Origin: a virus
Strand: one strand, 5' to 3'
IMG/VR virus record: IMGVR_UViG_3300014627_000002
Span: 1-64,000 of that record
DNA: 64,000 nt
In this document: in pieces, positions 43,012 through 52,757 of the stretch
Layout of the letters: every line of letters starts with the position of its first letter
Position numbering within the stretch: position 1 is the first letter of the stretch
Notes under the pieces: generated by a model
The model's database searches: none
What the model was told of the DNA's origin: nothing
What the model saw: only the letters and a program-made list of their open reading frames with translations
Made by a program: the position numbers and the translations under genes

Positions 43012-43329
43012 ATGTTTAATATTGATGAAATGCTGGAATTTGAAAGAAATAACTTTACCCGGGCGCTTTATACCTTGCCTGTTTTGAACGATGGCCAGCT
43101 ATTTCTTTGTGGTAGTTGCGATATTCGTAACGATGTAAAACCGGTGCCTTTCAAGCACGTGTACCAGCGCTCTATAGACCCAAGCACAGGGCAGGGGGGT
43201 GAGAAGTTTGAAACCGTGTATGTATCTGAATGCTGTAAAGGCGATCTGGTGGTATGGGATGCGTATGTTTGTGACTTTGTAGATATTGCACCAGAACATT
43301 ATGTGAGTGACCAGGCGGGTGAGGGCTAA
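43012..43329 (+). CDS. Cys-rich hypothetical protein
   Basis: GGGGG RBS; CGSC and SECCKG pairs. Confidence 0.6.
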   Translation: MFNIDEMLEFERNNFTRALYTLPVLNDGQLFLCGSCDIRNDVKPVPFKHVYQRSIDPSTGQGGEKFETVYVSECCKGDLVVWDAYVCDFVDIAPEHYVSDQAGEG

Positions 43330-43332
43330 AGG

Positions 43333-43539
43333 ATGAAAACTATCTATGCCTTGATCTGTGTAATTAGTGTTTTGCTCGCTGTAAACAAATTTACTGCTGG
43401 CCAGTTAATTGCACCCGGTTATCACGATTTTAGTAATGCGCATTCTTATGAGCCAAAAAGTAAAGGCTTGATGGCTTATGAATGCAATGAAAAGGTTGGT
43501 CAGCTTCTTATGAAGTTACAACCTGCCAATACAGTTTAA
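43333..43539 (+). CDS. small membrane/secreted protein
   Basis: N-terminal hydrophobic segment IYALICVISVLLAV. Confidence 0.5.
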   Translation: MKTIYALICVISVLLAVNKFTAGQLIAPGYHDFSNAHSYEPKSKGLMAYECNEKVGQLLMKLQPANTV

Positions 43540-43548
43540 GAGGTATTT

Positions 43549-43920
43549 ATGACTGCTAAATATCTGGCACTGAAATTGAATAAAAACCTGAAGTCGGTTC
43601 AGGTCAGTGGCCAATGGCTAATCATGGACGGCGACAAGGAAGTGGCTAAGTCTTATTCGCCACAATCCGCATGGAATGATGCCTATAACAAACTTGCTGA
43701 AAAGCAGTTTAAAACGGGTGATCTGGTCGTAATGGAAAACTGCCTTGAAGCATCGCGTTATGTGGATAAGGTTTGGAAATGTCGATCTGATAGTTTTAAG
43801 GCCGCCAGCGGTGATTTCGCCGTATTTCTTGAGAATTTTGGTGGCTATTTTTGTTGTGAGTTTCTACGGCCAGCAACCAGTCTGGAACAGCACAATTTTT
43901 TAAATGGTGGTGAAGCATGA
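43549..43920 (+). CDS. hypothetical protein
   Basis: 123-aa ORF with GAGG RBS. Confidence 0.6.
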   Translation: MTAKYLALKLNKNLKSVQVSGQWLIMDGDKEVAKSYSPQSAWNDAYNKLAEKQFKTGDLVVMENCLEASRYVDKVWKCRSDSFKAASGDFAVFLENFGGYFCCEFLRPATSLEQHNFLNGGEA

Positions 43921-44306
43921 GGCATGGGACCGTAAGTGGTTATAAATATCATCGTTGCAGATGTTCATTGTGTCTAAAAGCGGTATATGACTATAACAAA
44001 AAGCTCAAAGTAGACAGAAAAAGTAAGCCTAAGTTTGTTTATCCAAAGCCTTTAGCTCATGGTACGGCAAATGCTTATAGCTACCATAATTGCCGTTGTG
44101 AGTTATGCCAGGCATTTATACGGGGTTATCGAATGGGGCTGAAAATCAGAAATGCAGAGCCTTCTACTGCTACACCTACGGAACCTGAATACTTTCAGCT
44201 CAAACATGAATGCGGGACAGCAAGCGCTTACTCATTTGGCTGTAAATGTGAGCTTTGTTTAACCCAGGGACGTGAACTCTACCTGCAGTCGGTGAAAGCA
44301 GCATGA
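43917..44306 (+). CDS. triple [H/C]GT-x3-Y-x4-C-x-C-x2-C repeat protein (copy 1)
   Basis: Three repeat units: HGTVSGYKYHRCRCSLC, HGTANAYSYHNCRCELC, CGTASAYSFGCKCELC. Paralogue of 60219..60632. Confidence 0.65.
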   Translation: MRHGTVSGYKYHRCRCSLCLKAVYDYNKKLKVDRKSKPKFVYPKPLAHGTANAYSYHNCRCELCQAFIRGYRMGLKIRNAEPSTATPTEPEYFQLKHECGTASAYSFGCKCELCLTQGRELYLQSVKAA

Positions 44307-44956
44307 AAAACAGATTTTACTTAACGTCATCACATGGCTACTTAGGATCTAACGTGGTGTGGCACCGTCATAATGAACAGGGTTACACCACGGATATTGA
44401 CCAGGCCCATGTATATACCAGAGAAGAAGCACAACAGGCATGGTCTGAATCTTGGGGTGAGTCAGAAGCAATTTCAGCCGATCATGTTGATGCTCTTGCT
44501 GTCTGGAAGGTGGATTGCCAATACATTCCAAAAGTAACACAGCCATTTACTGATATTCATAACACCTATGTTGCTTTTGAAAAGGGGAAATGGGATGGCA
44601 ACGATGTTCACTGGGTAATTTCAGAAAGACTAAGTACTTCTACTGACTTTGATCTGGCTTATGTCATGGGTGTGGACCGTGCTAAAGAGCTTGGCAGCAA
44701 CTTTATTGTTATTCCTTTCAGTATGGCAGATAACGTAAAACGCCGTACTTTTGATCATATAAAAATAAATAGGCGTGTAATGGTCCAGGGTGCGGGGTTA
44801 AAAGCATGTCACAAAATTAAGCAGGACCGGCGACGTAAAGAAAACCCAATGACCCGTTTTCATTGTCCTGCATGCGGTCGTATCAGCTGGCAGCATAATC
44901 CTTATGATTTTGATGGTTGTAAGAACGTTCATTGTAGTGAGTGGTCTACCTTATGA
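44303..44956 (+). CDS. hypothetical protein with C-terminal zinc ribbon
   Basis: FHCPACGRISW...CKNVHC; ATGA overlap upstream. Confidence 0.6.
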   Translation: MKNRFYLTSSHGYLGSNVVWHRHNEQGYTTDIDQAHVYTREEAQQAWSESWGESEAISADHVDALAVWKVDCQYIPKVTQPFTDIHNTYVAFEKGKWDGNDVHWVISERLSTSTDFDLAYVMGVDRAKELGSNFIVIPFSMADNVKRRTFDHIKINRRVMVQGAGLKACHKIKQDRRRKENPMTRFHCPACGRISWQHNPYDFDGCKNVHCSEWSTL

Positions 44957-45666
44957 GCTCTAAAAAACGTAATAAGAAGTATGACCCGAATAAAGGGAAA
45001 CGGTTGGAGCAGGCTAAGGCACGTAAGAATCAGATTGAAGCCAATGAAATATATGAGCTGGAACAAGAATACGTTTCACATGCAGTAAAGGCTTACATAG
45101 AAGCCAAAGAAATTGAAGAACAGGATCTTATTTCCCGTTACCCGAATGCTACGACCTGTCCTTATCACATAACTATTGGTGCTTATAGTTATCAGTCCTT
45201 AGCAATTGCAATCATATTGCAAAGTATTCAGGACCCGATTGCTTATGAAATGGCTGCTGATGTGCACCTTATTCATACCTATAAGGAAGGTGATGAAATA
45301 AAAACGGGTGAGTTAAAAACAGTTGAGTTTCGCCGTGATGTACCTGGTATGAGTTACTTGGAATTTCACAAGGGTAAAGCTGATGCAATTATTCCTTTAG
45401 GGCATGGATTAAAGAAAAAGGGCTGGAAAGGGCTAGATGCCGAAATTGCTGCCGAAATTGAAAGTAGGCCGGATTTGACTGACGAATATTCTATAGAAAT
45501 GATTCAGTCTTATATGAAAGCTGAAGCACGTTTTTTAAGTGTAGAGCGTTATCTGGAATTTAAGGAAGTACTTGAATGGGTTGAGCGAGGAACCGCCGAA
45601 CAAAACCTACGGTCACTGTGGATAGCAGAACAAGAAGCTATAGAGAAGCAAAACCATGACAAATAA
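44953..45666 (+). CDS. hypothetical protein
   Basis: The ATG at 44953 overlaps the upstream stop (ATGA). Confidence 0.6.
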   Translation: MSSKKRNKKYDPNKGKRLEQAKARKNQIEANEIYELEQEYVSHAVKAYIEAKEIEEQDLISRYPNATTCPYHITIGAYSYQSLAIAIILQSIQDPIAYEMAADVHLIHTYKEGDEIKTGELKTVEFRRDVPGMSYLEFHKGKADAIIPLGHGLKKKGWKGLDAEIAAEIESRPDLTDEYSIEMIQSYMKAEARFLSVERYLEFKEVLEWVERGTAEQNLRSLWIAEQEAIEKQNHDK

Positions 45667-45844
45667 CAATCACCAGGTAAATAAGACCAGTTTATTGAAG
45701 GTTAAGCGTATACCGCGGCATGGAATAGCGGCCAGACGTCTTTTAAGAAATGGCGTTAAATGGCCTTGCTGTCCGTTCTGTGGCAGTGACATTCATAGTT
45801 CGGAAATCGGGTTAAAAGGGGAGTGCAAGCATGTCAGTGAATAA
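45656..45844 (+). CDS. small Cys-rich protein
   Basis: WPCCPFCGS...GECKH. Confidence 0.45.
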   Translation: MTNNNHQVNKTSLLKVKRIPRHGIAARRLLRNGVKWPCCPFCGSDIHSSEIGLKGECKHVSE

Positions 45845-46715
45845 GCAGCGGACGGGTCTTGAAGCAATTGGCTGGAATGGACAAGTAATTACGGCACTTG
45901 ATGTATGTGTTTGTGTGGATACTGAACGCGGATCTGGTAATGATTTCTTAATCTATCCAATGTTCTTTTTTGATTCAAATCATCCTGAATATAAGAAGAA
46001 TACTTTTGCCCGCTGTGTGCAGCCACAAATTAGCTTGTATCCGGGGACATATAACGCAGATATATTGAGGAAAGCTGAACCTGAAGAACTGGCCATAGGG
46101 CGCCGTATTTATAAAAACGCTGATGATTTAAAAAAGGCTGCTGGCGTACAGGCTGAATCGGTACATATAGATTGTGATTTTGAAAAGTTGAACGCCTTTT
46201 TTGAAATCTATAAAGACTCTTTGCATTACCAGGCACGTAAAGAAAAACGGCCAGATTGGACGGATATAGCTTTATTTGGTTATTGCCCGGACTCTGATGA
46301 TTTTGTAGACCCTAGAGCCAGTGACGCTTATATGGTGTTTAAGGCGCAACAAGAAAAATTAGACTGGTTATTAGGTGGAATCGAAATGGCTATACACCAG
46401 GCAAAGTCAATTGAGCGCAATGGGGATATAAGCATAAATAGCTATAGAACTATTAAATCTAAGATGCGTTTATATGATTTCTTAATAACACTTCGTAAGA
46501 CCCCAAAAAGGCATAAGAGTAAGTTTGCTGATCTGGTTAGAAGAACTTTAGTTTTAGAAGGTGAAGCGAGAAAAGTACAAACTATTCGAGATAAGCTTTA
46601 CGAGCTAATTTGCCAGTTTGAAAGCTTTGGTATTACCGGGATTAGTGCTGATACCCGTAGTGCTTATTTTGATGCCAAGCATAAAGTTCAAGAACTTCAA
46701 GAAATCTTATTTTAG
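45831..46715 (+). CDS. hypothetical protein
   Basis: 294-aa ORF overlapping its upstream neighbour. Confidence 0.6.
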   Translation: MSVNKQRTGLEAIGWNGQVITALDVCVCVDTERGSGNDFLIYPMFFFDSNHPEYKKNTFARCVQPQISLYPGTYNADILRKAEPEELAIGRRIYKNADDLKKAAGVQAESVHIDCDFEKLNAFFEIYKDSLHYQARKEKRPDWTDIALFGYCPDSDDFVDPRASDAYMVFKAQQEKLDWLLGGIEMAIHQAKSIERNGDISINSYRTIKSKMRLYDFLITLRKTPKRHKSKFADLVRRTLVLEGEARKVQTIRDKLYELICQFESFGITGISADTRSAYFDAKHKVQELQEILF

Positions 46716-46727
46716 AGGGTACGCTGT

Positions 46728-47363
46728 ATGAATCAATTTCAGCCTGGCGATGTGGTTGCTCATAAAGATTCTCCTGGTGAAGAATGGGTAGTTACTGGTT
46801 TTTCAAACAATCATGTTGCGTTTAAGTCTAATGCACAAGGTTATCCGCCCCCGTGTTCATTTTGGACCATATATTCACCTTCAAAAGATTTGAGCCTGAT
46901 TAGAAAAGCAGAAGGAAGTGATCCAGTTGTATTAAGTGAGGAAAATCAGCCGCGGCCTATTGATCAGCAGTTAAGTACATTCCGTGCATGGTTTTTAAAA
47001 AAGTATCCCTATAGCGAAGATTACTTTCAGCTCACTTATTTTAATCATGAGCTCGGTTTTTTTTGTACGGATCAGAAAAATAACCCGGATGCTACAGATG
47101 CAGCTTGGGTCCTTAGAGCTTCGTTTGAGGTATGGCAATATTTGCAATCAGAAATACAAAGCTTAAAAGAGCAGGCTAAAGAAAGAGAGCATGTTATTGA
47201 CCGAACGTTAGATCATGTCACAAGACAAATTGAAAACTTTAAGCAGCTCAAGGAACAAGAATCTAATATGCACATCAGGAATTGGTGGCAAGCGAAAGTG
47301 CTGCAGGTATTAAGACCAGTGAAACGAATGCTTGAGAATACCCTTGGAGGTGATCATGTGTAA
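46728..47363 (+). CDS. hypothetical protein (SH3/KOW-like N-terminus)
   Basis: FQPGDVVAHKDSPGEEWVVTG; coiled-coil C-terminus. Confidence 0.55.
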   Translation: MNQFQPGDVVAHKDSPGEEWVVTGFSNNHVAFKSNAQGYPPPCSFWTIYSPSKDLSLIRKAEGSDPVVLSEENQPRPIDQQLSTFRAWFLKKYPYSEDYFQLTYFNHELGFFCTDQKNNPDATDAAWVLRASFEVWQYLQSEIQSLKEQAKEREHVIDRTLDHVTRQIENFKQLKEQESNMHIRNWWQAKVLQVLRPVKRMLENTLGGDHV

Positions 47364-47434
47364 GCTTTGCGGAAGGTCAAAAGGCGGTCATTGTTGTGGC
47401 TATTGCGGTTGGTGTCCAGGTAGAGGAATTAAGT

Positions 47435-47632
47435 ATGAACAATCCTTTCTCAGTCGGTGATCTGGTAAAGCATGAAGTAGATATTTGGCCAGAACCTCAC
47501 GGTTCCCTTAAAGTAATCCATATCAAGAATGATGTATTAGCCGCCGTAGACAGTAGAGGACAAAAGTTTATAGGCAGTTCCAGTTGCTTTAAATTTATTG
47601 GAAAATTTACAACGCCCCGAGTGTTGGGCTAA
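47435..47632 (+). CDS. small SH3/KOW-like protein
   Basis: FSVGDLVKHEVD...LKVIHIKND. The ATG at 47435 has a GAGGAA RBS. Confidence 0.5.
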   Translation: MNNPFSVGDLVKHEVDIWPEPHGSLKVIHIKNDVLAAVDSRGQKFIGSSSCFKFIGKFTTPRVLG

Positions 47633-47719
47633 CTGATTATTAAATAGCCTAAGCTTAGATTTTATCCTAGAAAATAAAGCCGCAACCAGCGATAAAAACT
47701 TGAATATTTCACCTAAGAA

Positions 47720-47746
47720 AAGACCCGCTATCATGGCGGGTTTTTA
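47720..47746 (+). terminator. rho-independent terminator
   Basis: ACCCGC-tatcatg-GCGGGTTTTT. Confidence 0.75.
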
Positions 47747-47754
47747 TTACCTAA

Positions 47755-47909
47755 CGCATTAAAATATGCGAATTAGCATAATATGTAGGTTATAACCTCT
47801 ATATTATGCATATTGATTAACAAATAGACTACTAAAAGCCTGAATATAGTAAATAAGAATATACAGAATCGCATAAATTAATTAACATTTATACATAAAA
47901 GCATAAAAC
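47755..47909. promoter_or_regulatory. cluster of class B operator-like sites (locus 7)
   Basis: CGCATTAAAATATGCGAATTAGCATAAT, TATTATGCATATTG, TCGCATAAA and GCATAAAAC upstream of the 47921 operon. Confidence 0.55.
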
Positions 47910-47920
47910 TAGGGTAATGC

Positions 47921-48373
47921 ATGCGAAGCAAGCGCCGTTGGAGTTCAAAGGACTTAACCTCTAAACCAAGTCAAGCGAAAAAGGCTACTTTAAATACGGC
48001 GGAATATGCCAGAGCTACAGTGAAAGAAACAAAAATTCAGCAGGGCTTAATTGAGGAATTGGCTTTCCATAAGTACAACGGCAATCCACTGCTTAATTAT
48101 ATTTATGCAATACCCAACGGTGATAAGCGTGCAATTTCAGTGGCCAAACGTTTAAAGGCTGAAGGCGTTAAACCAGGTGTACCAGACCTGCATTGTTTTG
48201 TGGCTAAGCCGCCATATCACAGTCTTTATATTGAAATGAAAACCGAAGTAGGGGACCTGTCACCAGAACAGAAAGAAGTTATTCCAATGTTGCGTGCAGA
48301 AGGCCATAAAGTTGTGGTTTGTCGTAGTGCAGAGCAAGCAAAAATCGAACTCTTTAAATATTTGGGTATATAA
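47921..48373 (+). CDS. VRR-NUC domain nuclease
   Basis: GVKPGVPDLHCF...SLYIEMKTEVGDLSPEQKEVIPMLRAEGHKVVVCRS is the D-ExK pattern of VRR-NUC. Confidence 0.7.
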   Translation: MRSKRRWSSKDLTSKPSQAKKATLNTAEYARATVKETKIQQGLIEELAFHKYNGNPLLNYIYAIPNGDKRAISVAKRLKAEGVKPGVPDLHCFVAKPPYHSLYIEMKTEVGDLSPEQKEVIPMLRAEGHKVVVCRSAEQAKIELFKYLGI

Positions 48374-48375
48374 CG

Positions 48376-49044
48376 ATGAATATGCAGACTGAAGACAAAG
48401 AAGCTTTTTTTGATGAAAAAAGACTGATCACAGTCGTTGGCATCAATTGTTTACGTGCACGGGAAATTGCTGGCTTAACCCGTAAAGAAGCCCAGGCACG
48501 TATTTTTAGATATAAAAACCCGGATATGTTTGCTAACCGGATATGCGAGATCGAAACCGGCAACAAGAAAATTGATCTTAAAATTCTATATCGCATGTGC
48601 GTTGAGTACTCATGCAGTGCTGACTATCTGTTGGGCCTAAGCAATGACTTTGAGCGTAACCTGGCATCGTCTTATTCAGGTATGGTTTTTAATTCGGTCC
48701 GTGGTAGCGTTTTGGAAATGACTGAGCGTGTTTGTACGCAAATGTCAGAGATCGTGCGCTTTCTGCCGCCGTTTCAGGGGGAATTATTAAAAAACAGTGC
48801 CAAGAATACAGTAGATACTATAGATCAGCATTTGCATGATCTGGCGTTTAAGGGCTCTTATCCGGATATTGTTGATGCTTATAATGATTTAAAGGCGAAG
48901 GTTCAGATGTTTGATACCTTCTTTGCTAAGCAGATGCGGATTATGGAGTTAAATATGCTGGACCAGTTAAATCATAAGGATGATGAACTTTCTAGCCGTA
49001 CTATGACCGACTATACTGCATTGCCTGTACCTGAGAAGTGTTAA
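48376..49044 (+). CDS. XRE-family HTH regulator with 120-aa C-terminal extension
   Basis: LRAREIAGLTRKEAQARIF...ICEIETGNKKIDLKILYRMCVEYSCSADYLLGLSND. Confidence 0.6.
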   Translation: MNMQTEDKEAFFDEKRLITVVGINCLRAREIAGLTRKEAQARIFRYKNPDMFANRICEIETGNKKIDLKILYRMCVEYSCSADYLLGLSNDFERNLASSYSGMVFNSVRGSVLEMTERVCTQMSEIVRFLPPFQGELLKNSAKNTVDTIDQHLHDLAFKGSYPDIVDAYNDLKAKVQMFDTFFAKQMRIMELNMLDQLNHKDDELSSRTMTDYTALPVPEKC

Positions 49045-49048
49045 TTGA

Positions 49049-50170
49049 ATGGCCAAGACTCAAGAACCGGATGCGATTAGCAAACGCCATGACACTGATC
49101 TATGGCGTGAAATACGCAAGCTTTATGAGTCAAAGACTAAACCTACTTATGACAAAATTAAGGCAATTCTGGTTGCTGAGTTCCAGTTAGAAAAATTCCC
49201 ATCAAAAAGCACAGTTGAACGCCGTGTGAAAGATGAGGGCTGGAAACGTGCCAGAGTCGGCACAGATCCATTATCAAATCGCTTTGATGAAACCTTCTGG
49301 AAGTGTGTTAAAACCATTTATGAAAGCAATCCTAAGCTGTCATATAAGCAGCTGCGGGACATGGTTCAAAATGAACTTCAATGCTCCGAGTTCCCATCTG
49401 CCCAGGCTATTACCGCCAAAGCCAAGAGAGAAGACTGGAAGTATCTGAATAATCTGGTAAAAATAGCTGACACAGACTTAAAAAAAATCAAAACCATCGT
49501 CAAAAATCAGATAATTCAGGACCGTGAAGATGACGGCGAAGATGATGAAAATTATGATGAAGATCAAGAGTTTAATATCTTCACTGACCCTAAAGCGATT
49601 GAAGCCAGAAAAATAGCCGAATTTGAAAAAGACAAACTCAAAAACCTCACAATGGCGGCGAATGATAAGCGCCAGAAACTTGCTGATGTAATCCTGATTT
49701 CACGGAAACGCATGCGCACGATGAACTATGTAGGGGATATGTTTTCTGATCGTCTGCTAGAACTGTATGTCATGCAGAACAGCGATGCATTTAAAGAAGT
49801 TTGCCCGCCTGAACTAATGGACCAGATTAGCCGGGACCAAAAAAAACTAAGCGGCTTACTGGCTGCATATAACGAGCTGTCATTTAACCGCCGTGAAAGT
49901 ATCAAGTTTGAGCTGTCTTTATACGGCGTACAGATGGATGACCTGCGCGATGCTGACAATGAAGGCCGGATAAAGAACCTTGAAGATAACAGCGCGTATG
50001 AAGCCCAACGTCAGCGCCTACGTGATGAAGAAAAGGAAATTGCTGAACGTATAGCACGCATTGAATCTGGTGCCCTTGAGCATGAGATTAATGAACGTAT
50101 TCAAAAACAGATGGATGAAATGAATGAAGAAGAAGAAATTATAGAAGCTGAATTTCAAGAAATGGAATAA
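49049..50170 (+). CDS. DNA-binding-type protein with tandem ~65-aa repeats (possible small terminase or late regulator)
   Basis: Repeats WREIRKLYESKTKPTYDKIKA...FPSKSTVERRVKDEGWKR and FWKCVKTIYESNPKLSYKQLRD...FPSAQAITAKAKREDWK; acidic coiled-coil C-terminus. Confidence 0.3.
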   Translation: MAKTQEPDAISKRHDTDLWREIRKLYESKTKPTYDKIKAILVAEFQLEKFPSKSTVERRVKDEGWKRARVGTDPLSNRFDETFWKCVKTIYESNPKLSYKQLRDMVQNELQCSEFPSAQAITAKAKREDWKYLNNLVKIADTDLKKIKTIVKNQIIQDREDDGEDDENYDEDQEFNIFTDPKAIEARKIAEFEKDKLKNLTMAANDKRQKLADVILISRKRMRTMNYVGDMFSDRLLELYVMQNSDAFKEVCPPELMDQISRDQKKLSGLLAAYNELSFNRRESIKFELSLYGVQMDDLRDADNEGRIKNLEDNSAYEAQRQRLRDEEKEIAERIARIESGALEHEINERIQKQMDEMNEEEEIIEAEFQEME

Positions 50171-50183
50171 GTTTTGTGAGTTT

Positions 50184-50218
50184 GGCCTAGTTACCTGCAG
50201 TGACTAGGCTTTTTTTTA
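50184..50218 (+). terminator. rho-independent terminator
   Basis: GCCTAGT-N11-ACTAGGCTTTTTTTT. Confidence 0.8.
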
Positions 50219-50219
50219 T

Positions 50220-50264
50220 GGAATAACGAAAAAAGCCAGTGGACCGCACCGCTGATAATTGGCT
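50220..50264 (+). promoter_or_regulatory. late-operon box (copy 8)
   Basis: GGAATAACGAAAAAAG at 50220; GATAATTGG at +34; ATG at 50290. Confidence 0.55.
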
Positions 50265-50289
50265 CAAGCATACTGAATGAGCTGATTTT

Positions 50290-52395
50290 ATGGCACTTAA
50301 CTCCAATGAAAGCGGGTTCCTGATCGGGCAACGGCGTTTAAAAGAAATGTCTGAGGGTATTAGTCAGACAAAAGACAATACCAAACAGATCCTTGATGTA
50401 TTACTGGCCAGCCTGAATGAGCTAAAGGAAACACTAAAGCAGAACAATGCCAGCACAGAGCGCAATCTATCCAGAAATAAACGGCGTAAGGCCCGTGATG
50501 CATCTGGTGAAGATGAACCGGGAGTACCGCGTAGACCAGCACGTAATTCCGAGCAGCCAAGTCCTGAGCCAGCCACTCCACGGCGCCGTGCTATTGATTC
50601 CACTGAACCTGTTGAAATAGATCATCGCCAGCCTGCTAGAGAAGCAGATCAGGATAGTGGTACACGTCCGGGCAATTCTTATAGAGATAATCCTAATAGC
50701 GTACAGAATCGGGCAGCAGCGGCCCGTGAGCGCGATTCAAGAGGTCGCTTTATCGGGGCAAACGGTGAAGAAAAAAGTACCGTTATAAAATCCTTAAAGG
50801 ACCTGCTTGGTAATGTGTCGGGTGGCGGGGACTTTAGTGGTATCGATCCAACTCTGGATGCCCTGGGTGAATTAAAAAGTGTGGTATCCCCGATAGGGAA
50901 TGTATTTTCCCGTATGAGTGCCAAAGCCATAGGCGTGTTTGCTGGTCGTGCACGTAGACGCCGTAATGATGAGGTATTACCGGCAGAGCAGGTAAGAGCT
51001 AATACAGAACAGAGAAGGGGAGATACGCGCCGTAACAAGCTGCTAGAGCGCTTAATTGATGCGGTACGGCGTAATGGTGGCGGCCGGCTAGGTAATCTGG
51101 TCGGTGGCCGTGGCATGTTGGGTATGCTGCTGGGTGGTGGCAAGGCACTCCTTAAACGATTGCCGTTTATAGGTGCCCTGCTAGGTGGTGGCATGCTTGC
51201 TAAGGATTGGGGCAAGTTAGATAGCGGTGAGAAAGGAAAAGGCTTAGGCAAGCTGGTAGGCACTATTGCTGGGGGTATGCTGGGTTCATTGCTCGGTCCG
51301 GCCGGTACTTTTGCTGGGGGTATGCTGGGGAATTATCTCGGCGGCATTTTTGGTGAAAAAGTCGGGGAGTGGACTGATAGCCTGCAAAATATAGATTTTG
51401 CTAAAATTTTTAAAGATGCATTAAAAAGTATAGGGGATTTAAAGGAAAAAGCTGCAAATAGTCCTTTCATGATTCCGTTCCGTGCGGCTGGTCAGATGTA
51501 TGACGGCGCTAAAGGTTATTTGTCTGAAAAGTTTGGTGGTAATGCAGGCAGCCAGGATATGACCGCCGTATCAGGTAAACAAAAAGAACGACAACTGGCC
51601 ATGTATAAGGCTTTGCGAAATGCTGGTTTTAGTCATGAGCAGTCATTGGCTATTGGCGGCGAGATCGGCCGTGAAAATGACTATAGCGATAAGATGTTTA
51701 GTACCCATACTGACCCGGCTAAAGATAGAAATGGAAAAAGCATTAAGAACGGCGGTGTATTGAGCTGGAATAGAGAGCGTTATGCCAAGTTCTCAAAATT
51801 CATGCGGGACCGTGGATTAATGGATGCCAATGGCAAGATGCCTGAAACCCAAGCAACGCTAAACGCTCAAGCCGAATTTATTAAGCAGGAAATGGGTTCT
51901 AAGGAATATAGCAAGGTCATGAAAGACTTTCTGAATAATCCGAACCAAGACCCTAAGAAGGCTGCTGAAGACCTGGCAAAGTATATCGGCTGGGCCCGTG
52001 GACAGACCACAATTCAGGGTGAGCATGGACGTGTACCATTTAATTCCGCCGTACATGAGCGCAAGATCAATGGTTATATCGACTTGGGTGCAGAGATCGT
52101 TAAAAAGGACCAAGCCAAAACCGCAAGTATTGTTGCGCCTACTGGTCAAGCGGTCCCAGCTAAGCAGCTGCCTGCTGCTAAACAGCCAGCCCAATCACCA
52201 CAAATTTTTAAACCTGGCGCCAATCGGCCCGCACCTGTCAAGGTTCCCGCAGTAACACCCGAGCTTACTAAAATCGGCAACCAGTTTAAGTCAGTGTCTA
52301 CGGTTCCTGCTGCAAGTGACGTAAATATCAGTCAAAACGTATCAGACCGCGGAATGGCACATATTTTAAGCGGTGGTTTAGGTTTTGGGGAGTAA
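50290..52395 (+). CDS. 701-aa virion-associated muralytic protein (tape-measure or ejection protein) with Gly-zipper membrane segments and tail-lysozyme-like domain
   Basis: GMLGMLLGGGKALL...GALLGGGMLA...GGMLGSLLGPAGTFAGGMLGNYLGGIFG are the Gly-rich segments. ERQLAMYKALRNAGFSHEQSLAIGGEIGRENDY...GGVLSWNRERY...LNAQAEFIKQEM is lysozyme-like. A late box lies upstream. Confidence 0.55.
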   Translation: MALNSNESGFLIGQRRLKEMSEGISQTKDNTKQILDVLLASLNELKETLKQNNASTERNLSRNKRRKARDASGEDEPGVPRRPARNSEQPSPEPATPRRRAIDSTEPVEIDHRQPAREADQDSGTRPGNSYRDNPNSVQNRAAAARERDSRGRFIGANGEEKSTVIKSLKDLLGNVSGGGDFSGIDPTLDALGELKSVVSPIGNVFSRMSAKAIGVFAGRARRRRNDEVLPAEQVRANTEQRRGDTRRNKLLERLIDAVRRNGGGRLGNLVGGRGMLGMLLGGGKALLKRLPFIGALLGGGMLAKDWGKLDSGEKGKGLGKLVGTIAGGMLGSLLGPAGTFAGGMLGNYLGGIFGEKVGEWTDSLQNIDFAKIFKDALKSIGDLKEKAANSPFMIPFRAAGQMYDGAKGYLSEKFGGNAGSQDMTAVSGKQKERQLAMYKALRNAGFSHEQSLAIGGEIGRENDYSDKMFSTHTDPAKDRNGKSIKNGGVLSWNRERYAKFSKFMRDRGLMDANGKMPETQATLNAQAEFIKQEMGSKEYSKVMKDFLNNPNQDPKKAAEDLAKYIGWARGQTTIQGEHGRVPFNSAVHERKINGYIDLGAEIVKKDQAKTASIVAPTGQAVPAKQLPAAKQPAQSPQIFKPGANRPAPVKVPAVTPELTKIGNQFKSVSTVPAASDVNISQNVSDRGMAHILSGGLGFGE

Positions 52396-52427
52396 AAGTA
52401 TAAAACTTAGCATACAATATACACAAA

Positions 52428-52453
52428 CGCATATTTAACCATTATAAATATGC
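52428..52453. promoter_or_regulatory. class B operator-like palindrome (locus 8)
   Basis: CGCATATTTA-accatta-TAAATATGC, with 9-bp perfect arms. Confidence 0.55.
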
Positions 52454-52469
52454 TAAAAGGTATATTAGT

Positions 52470-52709
52470 ATGAGTGATGAAATTGTTTTTAGTGGCTATG
52501 CGCGGTGTAAGCACTGCCTTAACTACAAGATGACTTACCTAGTCAAAGGCGGTTGCGAGCAATGTAACCGCCGTGAACTGGAATATGGTGTAGTGCATAA
52601 AGGAGATTTTATTCATTACAGTGAATTGCTTCACAGGATAGAGAATGGCGAAGCGTTTATTGACGGCTCTAATTACAGCCTTCCCATAACTAAAAGAAGT
52701 TTTGATTAA
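52470..52709 (+). CDS. zinc-ribbon protein
   Basis: CKHC...CEQC. Confidence 0.55.
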   Translation: MSDEIVFSGYARCKHCLNYKMTYLVKGGCEQCNRRELEYGVVHKGDFIHYSELLHRIENGEAFIDGSNYSLPITKRSFD

Positions 52710-52757
52710 GGTCCATGACGGACCTTGAGTAAGTAAAAAAACAAGCAGAGATCATTC

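Noticed and set aside
50679-51263. 194-aa minus-strand ORF, very Pro/Ser/Arg-rich, plus other antisense ORFs at 50360..50603 and 51859..52194
   Set aside because: It is the mirror image of the Gly/Arg-rich region of the 701-aa plus-strand gene, so the low-complexity composition is a frame artefact. It has no RBS or promoter context.
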